A stretch of 64,000 nt of DNA, from positions 124,124,001 to 124,188,000 of the forward strand of contig OZ024740.1 in NCBI GenBank assembly GCA_964016885.1. The letters run 5' to 3'. The position numbers were made by a program, and so were the translations under genes. Origin of the DNA: Eledone cirrhosa. Its lineage: Eukaryota. Below, in pieces: positions 46,388 through 59,513 of the stretch (position 1 is the first letter of the stretch; each line of letters begins with the position of its first letter). Below the pieces are notes generated by a model. It saw only the letters and a list, made by a program, of their open reading frames with translations, did no database searches and was not told the DNA's origin.

Positions 46388-46500
46388 AATAATGAGAAAT
46401 AAAATAGATTGAGGGGACGGGCGAGGTGGAATTAGAAAAAATGTCTTTAGATAGAAATAACAAAATAAGTCAAACATGTTAAAGTTGGCTTTGTTTATTA

Positions 46501-46569
46501 TAATTCTCTGCTATATATATTTCAGTTACAGCTATTATTGGCTGGGACCTCATCAGGCAATACGAATTA
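46501..46569 (-). ncRNA. Type-I hammerhead ribozyme
   Basis: taattc-gta-ttgc CTGATGA ggt-cc-cagc-caataata-gctg-ta-act GAAA TATATA TA gcag-a-gaatta. Confidence 0.8.
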
Positions 46570-46704
46570 ATGTAGAAAAAACAGATAAACATGGTATTGT
46601 AATGTGTTCCACTCTGTCAATTCATCGATAATTCCAGCTCCTGGGTGTGATGTTAGTCCTCAGAGGAACTGGAATCATATCCAGTTCCTCTGAGGATGAA
46701 CTGA

Positions 46705-46810
46705 TCCAGCCGAGGTTACCTTTGCCTTTTATCCTTACGGGTTCGATAAAATAAAGTACCAGTAATGCACTGGGTATTTGCTCGCCTTGTGCCAAAAGTA
46801 GAAACAATTA
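46705..46810 (+). mobile_element. 5'-truncated SINE (Meta-like family)
   Basis: GCCTTTTATCCTTACGGGTTCGATAAAATAAAGTACCAG...GAAACAATTA. Confidence 0.8.
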
Positions 46811-46814
46811 TATA

Positions 46815-46859
<45 letters not shown>

Positions 46860-46937
46860 GTGTGTATCTCGTGTGTGTCTCCCCCACCCCTCTCTCTCTA
46901 TATATATATGTGAGTGTATATATAGATATAGATATAT

Positions 46938-47048
<111 letters not shown>

Positions 47049-47064
47049 ATATTATGTATATATA

Positions 47065-50000
47065 TGTAGCGAAGCGACACCTGTCGTGTGTTTGGGAACA
47101 GCTATGCAGAGTTACCTGCACATAGCTCTGACGTCACCTAAAATAACTCACTCTCCTGTGGCGACTTGCGAAGAGACAACATGCATAATTTTGAGCTGAC
47201 TTCTGCCTATGAAGAGATGACTCCTGCCTTCTCCCTCTCTTCTTTATACGTTCCAGTCTTGGAGTCGAGACCAACTCACCAACTACACCCTCACGACACG
47301 TGGTAAAATATTTCTATTGTGTTATTATTGACTCCTGTGATATAAAACTTTGTACAAACACGCACCAGCCATTCTTATTCTTTTTAATATTATTATATGT
47401 AATATATACACCAATACCAGTCATCTAAAGTGGTTGACCCCGATTATGGATTACACAGCCTTCTAAAAACTTCTAGAGACTTAACAAGTATTTACCCAAC
47501 AGAAACATACAACATAAATAAAAAATTGATGACGAAACGAATACTTTATTTCTTGCAACTATGCGAAAAAACGAAATTGAAAATTCTTCGTTTATCAAAA
47601 AAAAAGAATTCACAATGGCTGACTCGTCCGCCAATTGTCTTTCTTCCCCGAAATGCAGCCAACTGATTGGCTGAGACGCATCATGTGATGCCATCTCCTT
47701 CTCCAATTTAAAGAAAGAAAAGAAAGGCAGGAAAAAAAAACATATTTAATCTTTATGCCTTGAATTTGTGACTTGTCGATTCCGGATTTTGCAAATTCAC
47801 TAGATTTTTTTTCCTTTCTTCTTTCTTCATGGATGTTGAGGGAAATATGTGTTGTTTTCCCGTTGTTCCAAACATCTAACACGCGTTGCATTTCTTTACT
47901 TGGATATCATTTAGTATTTTTTATGTGGAACTGATACATGCTAATGATGAGTAGTCCTAATTTATCTGCGTTCTCCGGTGAGCCCAAGCTCTGATTTGCG
48001 TAACTGGATGCATATTTTGCTGCAAATGAAATTAAAACGGAGCAGAAACCTAGTGTTTTGATTAGTGGTATACCTTCGTCGCTCGCCACCACGGTGAAAG
48101 ATTTAATAACTGATCCATCAACCGGCACTTCGTTTGATTCGTTGAGGTCAGAGATATTAAGGAGAAACTGCCGTTCTGCTGAAAGCAGGTTTCGTGCATT
48201 ATTGGAGGACGAGTGTTTAGGCGACAGGTCGCCGTCCGAATTTTTACGCAACATTCGGGACCTCAGGGAATCGCCCGATGAGGATAGTTCATTTATCAAA
48301 AAGCTATTATTTTCTCGCTCGTCAAACAATGTCCAGATTATATTGGCTACCATAGTGGACTCGAGCTCGATGGAGCAGATCGCTGCGTCAGCCGATCGAA
48401 TTGTGGAATTCTCGAGGAAAGCTACTTCGTCGGACTCGCTTGTTACCTCTTCGACCTTTCCGAACCAGCCCGTCTCGACACACGAGGATGCCATGTTGAA
48501 GGCAATTGACGCGTCAAGTCGCGAAATTATGTAGGGAGAGTAGGCCATCTCCCAGGCGGCCAAGAAGTCGTTCGTGTTCCTTCGCGACTTCACGCCGTAA
48601 CGCCAGCATGCCCGCCAGCAATTCGTCTTTGTGCTGGTATCATGCCATCTTCGCTGATAAAGCAAAACACTGCCGGCCACCGTGTAACTATTCAACTTCG
48701 GCAGACGCGGACCAGAATCACTGAGTGCGGCAGCTGGGCTCTGTGCTACACACCCAAACCGCCACTTCTTTATTGAGGACCTCCTGTCCGGAAGATCTTT
48801 CCTAGTAGATACGGGAGCCTCCTGCAGCATTTGCCCGGTGGACTGTGTTAAAGAAACTTCTCCTGAGTCATCAATGAATCTACAAGCTGTCAATCATTCG
48901 CCGATACGGACTTTTGGACAAATCTCGCTCTCTCTGCAATTCAGAAATCTTCGACGAGAATTCAAATGGATTTTTACGGTGCTGACCTACCATATCCGAT
49001 CTTGGGAGCGGGTTTTCTACCCCATTTTGCATTGACGGTGGACGTCCGTGGCCGACGCCTAGTAGACGGCATTACTGGTTTTCATCTTCGTGGCCAGAAA
49101 GCTAATTTTCCAACGGTTAGCCCGACCTTCTTCGTTAATGCTGGGAATGCCTATCATGCATTGTTGAATTCTTTCCCACAGCTTACTCAGGGAAATTTTC
49201 GAGTTGTCGAACCGACTCACTCAACCGTACATTTCATCTCCACTACTAGTGCTCCAGTGTTTTCCCGTCCTCGTCGCTTGCTTGCGGACAAATTGAAGGC
49301 AGCACGGTCCGAGTTCGATCATATGCTACAGCTAGGCATAATTCGCCCGTCTACGAGCCCTCCGTTGCACATGGACTTCCGGCGACTGGAGACCCACTGG
49401 GGATTATAGGAAGTTAAATGCTATAACTGTCCCGGATATTATATCATATTCCACACCTGCAAGATTTTGCATCGTCGTTGCAGAGATGTAAAATTTTCTC
49501 AAAGCTAGATTTGGTGCGAGCTTATCATCAGATTCCTGTCAAGAAAGAAGATATTCCGAAAACGGCCATTACGACTCCATTTGGATCATTCGAATTTCTT
49601 ACCATGCTTTCGGACTTAGGAATGCAGCTAGCACCTTCCAACGGTTCATGGATGAGGTCACTCGTGGTTTAGATTTCGTCTACACTTATATTGATGATCT
49701 GCTTATTGCTAGTTCCTCCAGAGAAGAACACATACGTCATTTGAATCTTTTGTTTTGTCGACTCAAGGATTACAGTGTTCAAATAAATCCCACAAAATGT
49801 GTTTTCGGTGCGGAATCACTGAATTATTTAGGTCATGTCATTGACTCCGAGGGTATTCGATACCTCCCTCAACGAGTTCAGGCTTATAGAGGATTTGCCT
49901 CCGCCGACCTCACTTCGTCAGTTGCGACAATTCCTAGGACTGATAAATTTCTATAAACGTTTTGTTCCGCAATGTGTTAATCTACTCTTCTCTCTTACTG

Positions 50001-52449
50001 AGATTCTGAAAAATTGCCGCAAGAAGAACAAGAAAATCTCTTTGACTCAGACTCAGCTTGAGGATTTTCAAAAAGCCAAATCAGGATTGGCTAGTGCATA
50101 TTTGTTGGCCCACCCAGTGTACAATGCCAATTTTTCGCTTTGTGTTGATGCATCGGATACTGCAGTGGGTGCAGTCTTACAACAGAGTGTGACGATCACC
50201 AACAACCATTGGAATTTTTCTCCAGGAAGTTGAAACCTGCAGAAACTCGCTATATCACCTTTAACCGGGAGCTGTTAGCCATCTACCTTTCCGTGAAAAA
50301 TTTTTCACATATGCTTGAAGGATGGTGTTTTACAAACTATACTGACCATAAACCTTTGATCTTCGCTTTAAGTACTCCCCCAGAGAAACAAGGCATCTCG
50401 ACTTTATCTCGCAATTCACAAACGACATCCAACACATACCAGGCTCATTGAACACAGCAGCTGACGCCCTGTCTCGATTGCCGATCAGTTCGATTGCGTC
50501 ATCCGTTGACATCGATTCAAATCACTTGGGAGCATACCAACCTGCACTGGAATCGTTGGATATTACATCAGCCGAATTTGCGACGAGTAATTTGAAATAC
50601 CTGCCATTGCCCACCGCAGACAGACACATTCTCTGCGACGTTTCCGTGGATTCAACGAGACCATTCGTCCCGCTAAACCATCGTCGTACTGTGTTTCTTG
50701 CTTTACACAGCATTTCCGACCCAGGATCTTCTGCCACAGTAAAGCTCATAACAGCCAGACTCTTCTGGCCAAATATGAGGCGCGATATTACTGCTTGGTG
50801 CCGTTCCTGCATCGCTTGCCAGAAATCGAAAATCCATAAACACGTTAAGGCTCCGCTCGGTACTTTCAGTACACCGGACGCCCGTTTCCGGCACATTCAT
50901 GTGGACATCGTGTGACCTTAGCCAGTCAGTGGTGGTCATACTTATCTATTGACTGTTATTGATCGGTTTTCGCGATGGCCTAAAGCCATCCCCTTGAAAG
51001 ACGTCACTACTGAAACGACAGCGCATGCCCTAGTATCAGGATGGATTGCCCGCTTTAGAGTGCCACCACGATTACAACGGACTGTGGAAGCCAGTTTGAA
51101 CCGAATCTCTTCTATGAATTAACGAAGTTCATGGGTGCTAAACGCATCCGAACAACTTCGTATCATCCTGCATCTAACAGAATGGTGGAGCGCTTCCACC
51201 GACAATTAAAGCCGTTCTACGGACTCCTCCTGGCTCTACGCGTTGGAGCGAGTACCTCCCTATTGTTTTGTTGGGGATACGGTCATCAATAAAGGTGGAT
51301 CTTGGGTTCTGCCCGGCCGAATTATTGTATGGTGCTCCTCTAGCGTTACCTGGGCAAATGCTTGCCCCTGTCGAACTTGCTGCACAAGATCCGCTTTCCT
51401 ACGTATCCCGTCTGCGTTCTTATTTTCATGACCTGCCGCCGATGTATACGAGGAAACAAACTGTAAAAACTGCAGTCCCGAGAGATATTGCCTCGTGGAC
51501 CCATGTGTTCGTAAGAAACGATGCTGCGAGACCACCTCTCACACAACCGTACTCTGGACCCTACCGTTTGTTAGCTCGTTCTGATAAACATTTCACAGTA
51601 GACAACGGATCCAGAGAGACCATTGCGGTTGATAGACTTAAACGAACACACACAGATGCTTACACACCTGAGCCACATATGCCGCCATTTTTCTCCTTCG
51701 CACACACACCTGCTCTTTCTGCCCCACCCTCACTTAGATACAAGACCACGACCCGTTCCGATCGAAGAGTCCACTGGCCCAAAGAATTCTTCCAAACTTA
51801 TATTATATGAACTGGTCACTGGAGCCCTTTTGGAAACATATTATAAAACAAACTGGCCCCCAAAACTGTGTCAAACTATGTACATTTAAGCTGCCCTTGT
51901 TGCAGCCCTTTGCTTTTGTCTGTCTTACGATTTGTTGCATTTTATTGATTGTTTTGCATGTTTCTGTTGTTACATTTTTGCGTGCCTTGCCTTTTGTTTG
52001 CTGCTTGTGCAAACATTTCTTTTGTTTATTACCTATCTTTGCCTTGCTTCTCACTACATATGTTTACTTCTTCATCGATTGGTCATCTGGAGGAGGGCTA
52101 TATGTAGCGAAACGACAACTGTCATGTGCTTGGGGACAGCTATGCAGAGTTACCTGCACATAGCTCTGACGTCATCCAAAACTCTCCGGCGGCGACTTGC
52201 GAAGAGACAACACGCATAATTTTGGAGCTGACTTCTGCCTATGAAGAGATGAATTCTGCCTATTCTCTCTAGAGATGACTTCTGCCTTCTCTAACTAGAG
52301 ATGACTCCGGCCTATGAAGAGATGACTCCTGCCTTCTCTCTCTCTTCTTTATACGCTCCAGTCTTGGAGTCGAGACCAACTCACCAGCTACACCATCACG
52401 ACACGTGGTAAAATAGTTCTATCGTGATATAAAACTTTGTACAAAGACG
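47065..52449 (+). mobile_element. Decayed Ty3/Gypsy LTR retrotransposon
   Basis: LTRs start TGTAGC at 47065 and 52103; PBS TGGTTGACCCCGA at ~47431 (Trp-like); PPT GGAGGAGGG; 3' LTR ends early in TA-rich sequence. Confidence 0.95.
47940..51810 (+). pseudogene. gag-pol with frameshifts and stops (gag, protease, RT, RNase H, integrase)
   Basis: LGDRSPSEFLR, CWYH..F...[65 protein letters not shown] in Gypsy order. Confidence 0.93.
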
Positions 52450-52740
52450 TATATGTATATGTATATATATATATATTTATATATATATATGTATATATAT
52501 ATATGTATATGTATATGTATATATATATATATATTATGTATATGTATATGTATATTATATATATATATTTATATATATTATATATATATATATATTTATA
52601 TATATTTATATATATGTATATGTATATATATATTTATTTTTATATATATATATATATATTTATATGTATATATATATTTATATATATTTATATATATATT
52701 TATATATATATTTATATATATTTATATATATATTTATATA

Positions 52741-52827
<87 letters not shown>

Positions 52828-53192
52828 CATTCATCATCATCATTTCATTTTGCGTCCGCTTTTCCCTGCTTGCAAGGGTGGGACGGGAACTTATACTGGC
52901 TTGATTTCTACAGCTGAATGCCCTCCCTAACACCAACCTCATTTACAGTGAGTACTGGGTGCTTTTTTGCCGTGGCACCTCCACGACCACTTTGCAGTGG
53001 AGTGATAGGGCCCTCAGTCCCTAGCATCTCATTTCTATAGCTGAGTAAACTGGAGCAATGTGAAATAAAGTGTCTTGCTCAAGGAAACAACACATCACCG
53101 GTCTGAGAATTGAACTTACAACCTTTCAATTGCAAGGCCAATGCTCTAACCACTTGCAAGGCCAATGCTTTAACCACAATATATATATATAT

Positions 53193-55014
53193 GGAGGAAG
53201 TTAAAGTTCACTTGAAGCATTGTGTAATGAGGTATAAACGTTTGTATATGTATAATAAAGCCAAAACTATGCAGGTATGGACATAGAATAAGGAATGCAA
53301 ATGATGTTGTTGACAATTAGTCTTTTACCTTAGATTTATTTAAGTGTCCTTAATTTTCGAGATAATATCTCTTCTTCGGAGGGAAGTAAAGCGGTTAAAC
53401 CAGTGTTCTAAATAGCTTGCCAAGACATGCTGACAGGAAATGGTATAGAGTATCTGTTCTATCTCTAATGTCAAAGAGTTAAGGTTAGGTGGATAAAGAG
53501 TAGTCTCCCTAGGGGTTTTATTGTACATGTCTGTTTAAGTGTGTGGGAGAATGCTTGAAGGTGTAAGTATGTGTGAGTGTGAGAAGATATGTCTATACGT
53601 AAATGTGGAGGATAGATGTTATCTCGTGTTAGAACTGGTCTATGTGTGTGTGTGAGAGAGAATAAGTGGAGGTGTAAGTGTGTGTGTGTGTGTGTGTGCG
53701 TGGGAGGGGGGTGTAAACATGGGACTAGATGCTCTATCAAATTATAAATTGGGTGTTGAGTTCTAGTCTATTATTGATTGGTGGTTGTGTTTTGTCTATA
53801 ATTAGTGCTTCCTTAATTCTAAGATAGCCGAGGTTTCTTTCCTTAGTTTCTATCCTAACTGTTATGGTTTTGTCGGTGTTTTGGGATTTAACTAGGCGTT
53901 TCTTAAATGAGGAAGCGTTAGTATTGAGGTGTTCTTTTATTCTTATGTCGAGTGGTCTGGTGCTGCTACCTACGTAGAAGTTGCTGCATTTGTCGCACTC
54001 TAGTCTGTATACAACGTAAGCCAGGTGGCATAGGTCTGTGTCGTTGATGGGGCAGTAGGCTAACCTGCCGAGGTTGTCATGTCTGGTGGAGTCTCTTTTG
54101 GTTAGCTGTCTGCGTAGAGAAGGACCTGAGTGGGCCAGTTGGATATCTAGTCCCTCTCGTCTGATAGCTCTGCGGATGGCTGTTGTTGTTTCGTCACTGA
54201 AGTGTGGGAGCTTCAGGAAGCAAGTGTTAGTGCCTCGGGTGTGGTGTCCTCTGTTCTTTCTGACACGGTTTGTAGTGGTTGTAGTGTATCCGTTCAGTTT
54301 GAGTACTCCCAGGAAATGTGTGGTGTGTGTGTCTCGGTCTCTAGCATCGGTGCTTTATTCCGGATACGTGTAGTTCGTTCCTTATGTATCGGAACTTGGC
54401 GCCGGCTGGGAGGGCCGATCTGAAATGTACGAACAGGTCTCTGCTGGCGTCTTTTTTATAGAAGCAGGTGTGCATGTTGCCTTTTTCTCTTACCTTCAGT
54501 TGGAAGTCCAATAGGGATAGTGATCCGCGGTCATCGGGGTGTTCCTTGCTGAACTTTATACTGGCGTCCATGCTGGAGAATGTTGTGTATATTGTATCCG
54601 CCTCTTCATGGGATGATGTAAGGATGAGTATGTCATCTACATATCGGGTGAAGAAGTTATGGGAATGGCAGGTGTTGAGGGCTCGGCATTCCAGCTGGTT
54701 CATATAGGTAATGGCCAGCAGGCCCGTTAGGCTGGATCCCATGGGTAATCCTGTTGTCTGTCTGTATGTGTGGTGGTGGAAGGTGAAGTACGTGTTGTCC
54801 ACTGTGAAGGACAAAAGCTGGCGTATGTCCGTCGGATGGAGGCCGTAGCAGTGGATGTCCTCTGCGTCCACGCAGTCGGTCAATAAATCGACAGCTGGAT
54901 GAGCGGGGACTGTAGTGTAGAGGGAGACAACGTCGAGGCTAAAGGCGTATCTGTTTAGTTTAAGTTGTTCTGGCTGGAATTGGTGTAGTCTACGTATGAC
55001 TTCGTCGGAGCTAC
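53193..55014 (-). mobile_element. Inverted partial copy of the adjacent PLE
   Basis: 53240-55014 is the reverse complement (a few % diverged by eye) of 56075-57888; has RYVDD and GIY-YIG, plus ~47 nt extra 3' tail. Confidence 0.93.
53348..53382 (-). ncRNA. Minimal hammerhead motif, CCGAAGA core
   Basis: Reverse complement of 57746-57780. Confidence 0.58.
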
Positions 55015-57386
55015 TGAAAACTCATACAACACCTACCCCGCACGCTACAACAACATATACGGACTATTTCCAGCCTTGTACCACAACTCGCTGAAACCCC
55101 AGAACCTCTGTCCAGAGTTATCTCCGCCGCTATAGACAGGTGATACCACCATCGCCGAGACTACGAGAAAATACGCCTAACGCAAAAATTTCTCAAACTC
55201 AGCACGGCTAACCGTCTTAACAACATCCCAACTCTAAGCCCCAACAGAGGCGAACAAGACGGTACCAACACCGAACCTAGCGGCGCCCCGACCAACAACG
55301 CACTTGACGCAAAACACCTCGTCACAGACTTGACAGGATCCCTCTCCCGAGAGGAATTAGACATCTTCAGCCTGGGTCCCAAGTTCATATTGAAACAGAG
55401 ACTGGACGACAAATTATGGCTCGACATAGAAACGAATTTCTGTCGGGCTACCTACCAACTAAAATGGATATCGACTCTCAGCAACAACACCACGTAACCT
55501 AACAAACCCAGATTCCCGATATACCAACTGGATCACACACTCTATCCACCGCCTGCCAACCGCAAGCTTGAAGAAAAACTCTCGATGCTAAAACATTCCG
55601 TATTCAACATCTTACGGAAACAGAAGAAGATAGCTCCAAACCTCTCCAGGACACATCAACTCGCCCTGAAGAACCTACGGAATAGGGAACTTATATACTT
55701 ACCATCCGACAAAGGTAAAGAGTTTTGCGTCATCTCTCAAGCCACATACAACAACCTAGCCTTTGAACAACGAAGCGACAATGAACTATATACAGACATC
55801 CCGGACATGACTGCAGCCCAGATAGAAAAACAGACCAACTCTATATGGTTCGACATCTGTAGGAGAAGACAACTCCCAAATAAAGTTAAGCTCAACTACA
55901 CCACTAGAAATAGTAGACTGCCCACTTTCTACCACCTCATCAAGACCCACAAGAATAGTACTAAGACACAAATAAGACCCATTGTCTCTAGCATAGAAGG
56001 AGCCCTATACAAAATTTCCTGGCTCCTCTCCCAGGTCCTCAAGCCTCTAATCTCCACCTTTCCGGGGCATGTCCGTAGCTCCGACGAAGTCATACGTAGA
56101 CTACACCAACTCCAGCCAGAACAACTTAAACTAAACAGATACGCCTTTAGCCTCGACGTTGTCTCCCTCTACACTACAGTCCCCGCTCATCCAGCTGTCG
56201 ATTTATTGACCGACTGCGTGGACGCAGAGGACATCCACTGCTACGGCCTCCATCCGACGGACATACGCCAGCTTTTGTCCTTCACAGTGGACAACACGTA
56301 CTTCACCTTCCACCACCACACATACAGACAGACAACAGGATTATCCATGGAATCCAGCCTATTGGGCCTGCTGGCCATCACCTATATGAACCAGCTAGAA
56401 TGCCGAGCCCTCAACACCTGCCATTCCCATACCTTCTTCACCCGATATGTAGATGACATACTCATCCTTACATCATCCCATGAAGAGGCGGATAAAATAT
56501 ACACAACATTCTCCAGCATGGACGCCAGTATAAAGTTCAGATTGGAACATCCCGATGACCGCGGATTCCTATCCCTACTGGACTTCCAACTGAAGGTAAA
56601 AGAAATAGGCAACATCCACACCTGCTTCTATAAAAAAGCCGCCATCAGGGAACTGTTCGTACATTTCAGATCGGCCCTCCCAGCCGGCGCCAAGTTCGGA
56701 TACATAAGGAACGAACTACACGTATCCGGAACAAATGCAACAACGCTAGAGACAGAGACACACACACCACACATTTCCTGGAAGTACTCAAACTGAACGG
56801 ATACATGACATCCACTACAAACTGTACCAGAAAGAACAGAGGACACCACATCCGAGGCACTAACACTTGCTTCCTGAAGCTCCCACACTTCAATGACGAA
56901 ACAACAACAGCCATCCGCAGAGCTATCAGACGAGAGGGACTAGATATCCAACTGGCCCACTCAGGTCCTTCTCTACGCAGACAACTAACCAAAAGACACT
57001 CCACCATACATGACAATCGCTGCAGGCTAGCTAAATGCCCCATCAACAACACAGACCTATGCCACCAGGCTTACATCGTATACCGACTAGAATGCAACAA
57101 ATGCAGCAACTTCTACGTAGGTAGCAGCACCAGACCACTCCACATAAGAATAAAAGAACACCTCACTACTAACGCTTCCTCATTTAAGAAACACCTAGCT
57201 AAATGCAAAAACACCGACAAAACCATAACAGTTAGGATAGAAACTAAGGAGAGCAACCTCGGCAATCTTAGAATTAAGGAAGCACTAATTATAGACAAAA
57301 CACAACCACCAATCAATAATAGACTAGAACTCAACACCCAAATTATAACTTGATAGAGCATCTAGTCCCATGTTTACAGCCCCTCC

Positions 57387-57431
<45 letters not shown>

Positions 57432-57887
57432 GCTTACACCTCCACTTAATCTCTCTCACACACTCACATAGACACACAAAGACCAGTTCTAACACGAGAT
57501 AACATCTATCCCCCACATTTACGTATAGACATATCTTCTCCCACTCACACACACACACATACGTACACCTTCACGCATTCTCCCACACACTTAAACAGAC
57601 ATGTACAATAAAACCCCTAGGGAGACTACTCTTTATCCACCTAACCTTAACTCTTTGACATTAGAGATAGAACAGATACTCCATACCATTTCCTGTCAGC
57701 ATGACTTGGCAAGCTATTTAGAACAATAGTTAACCGCTTTACTTCCCTCCGAAGAAGAGATATTATCTCGAAAATTAAGGACACTTAAATAAATCTAAGG
57801 TAAAAGACTAATTGTCAACAACATCATTTGCATTCCTTATTCTATGTCCATACCTGCATAGTTTTGGCTTTATTATACATATACAAA

Positions 57888-57888
<1 letters not shown>
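55015..57888 (+). mobile_element. Penelope-like element (RT + GIY-YIG), frameshifted
   Basis: LGPKF, PSDKG, FYHLIKTHK, IRPIVS, SLDVVSLYTTVP, RYVDDI, LSLLD (55585-56796); IVYRLEC..C..FYVGSSTRPLHIRIKEH, LRIKEAL (56805-57353). Confidence 0.95.
57746..57780 (+). ncRNA. Minimal hammerhead motif in PLE 3' end, CCGAAGA core
   Basis: cct CCGAAGA a gagata-t-tatctc GAAA AT TA agg; helix I only 3 bp. Confidence 0.6.
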
Positions 57889-57948
<60 letters not shown>

Positions 57949-57953
<5 letters not shown>

Positions 57954-58697
57954 TATTTGATGAACATTTACATGTTATAGTTGCAATTGACTAATAAGAT
58001 CTCTAGCGATCTTATTAGTCAATTGCAACTATAACATGTAAATGTTCATCAAATATTAATTTATACTGCTCAGAAGCGATTCCTAGAGCTGAAATGATTG
58101 TAAATGACCTCTTTGAGTCTAAACTCTAAGCTATTTATCACTGCTCCCCCAGGTGAGCTGAATTTTGTAATCCCATATAAACGGCTGTTATTTCTAGCAC
58201 TATGTGTGGGACGTTAGAGGACTGGGATAAGCCGTGTGCAAAACCTCGTGTATTTTCGCTACGCTAACCAGACCTTAGATATTTTTCTGAGGTTGAGTTA
58301 TTTTATTTTTATCTGGGTACCTATTGATAAACACAGAAAAAGTTGATTAACTCACTGCTAATTAGTTAATTATTTTACTATTATACCATCCTTTGTGAAA
58401 CATGTTTGAAGTTTGAAGTTCTGACCGATCTGCAGAAAAAGTTTGTATTTTGAATTTTAAACGTGACTAGGTACCAAGGCTTTTTGCCCATATCAGTCTG
58501 TGAGTATTGATTTATTATTTTCTAGATCGTACAGGCAGACCTTATGTTGTTGAATTAAGATTTTTCACTCTAGCGATCTTATTAGTCAATTGCAACTATA
58601 ACATGTAAATGTTCATCAAATATTAATTTATACTGCTCAGAAGCGATTCCTAGAGCTGAAATGATTGTAAATGACCTTTTTGAGTCTAAACTCTAAG

Positions 58698-58705
<8 letters not shown>
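57949..58705. mobile_element. Small non-coding element: 53-bp terminal hairpin plus 138-bp direct repeats
   Basis: 57949-58001 is inverted versus 58008-58060; 58001-58138 is repeated at 58568-58705; (TA)n flanks. Confidence 0.8.
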
Positions 58706-58730
<25 letters not shown>

Positions 58731-58731
58731 C

Positions 58732-59409
58732 TGTTATACTTCGGGAGGGTCATATTTGTGTAATATTGCCAGAATTAATAACAGAACACACTCACTGTTT
58801 GGTTGGTTTTCGCTTCTCGCTTCTGTGTCTTTTATATCGGTAATCTAACTTACTCGGTCCTCAATGTTGCCATTGACTGACCGACGGTCAAAAATAATAC
58901 AGATACAATATAGACACAAACACATATATATAGTTTATCATAAATCTTTCGTTGCACATCTGCAACATTGTCAGTGGTGCTATCGTATCCTCCTGTTGTA
59001 TTGTATGTCGACGCCATTTTTATTCAGTCTGTCTATATATTTATTTATTTATTTGCTTGTTTGTTTATTCCATACACCAGAGTATAACTGTAACTATCGA
59101 CTTCCCTTCCAAACACCCTAACAATAGACTACCTGTATTAGACACAGAACTCTGGATTAACACTATAGACGAGAGAGCCCAAATTCTCCACTCACACTAT
59201 GCTAAACCCATATATATGTGTTTGTGTCTATATTGTATCTGTATTATTTTTGACCGTCGGTCAGTCAATGGCAACATTGAGGACCGAGTAAGTTAGATTA
59301 CCGATATAAAAGACACAGAAGCGAGAAGCGAAAACCAACCAAACAGTGAGTGTGTTCTGTTATTCATTCTGGCAATATTACACAAATATGACCCTCCCCA
59401 AGTATAACA
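58732..59409. repeat. Fold-back with ~210-bp arms; loop contains a PLE RT fragment
   Basis: 58732-58940 versus 59198-59409; loop encodes SIHQSITVTIDFPSKHPNNRLPVLDTELWI...ILHSHYAKP; related terminus at 63556. Confidence 0.88.
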
Positions 59410-59451
59410 ATATTTGTTTCGACACACGCTTTCATATAAAAAACCTCGCAA

Positions 59452-59508
<57 letters not shown>

Positions 59509-59513
<5 letters not shown>

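Noticed and set aside
47907-48893. 328-aa antisense ORF over Gypsy gag (also antisense ORFs over RTE, Tx1 and PLE)
   Set aside because: Shadow frames of coding sequence with no independent motifs
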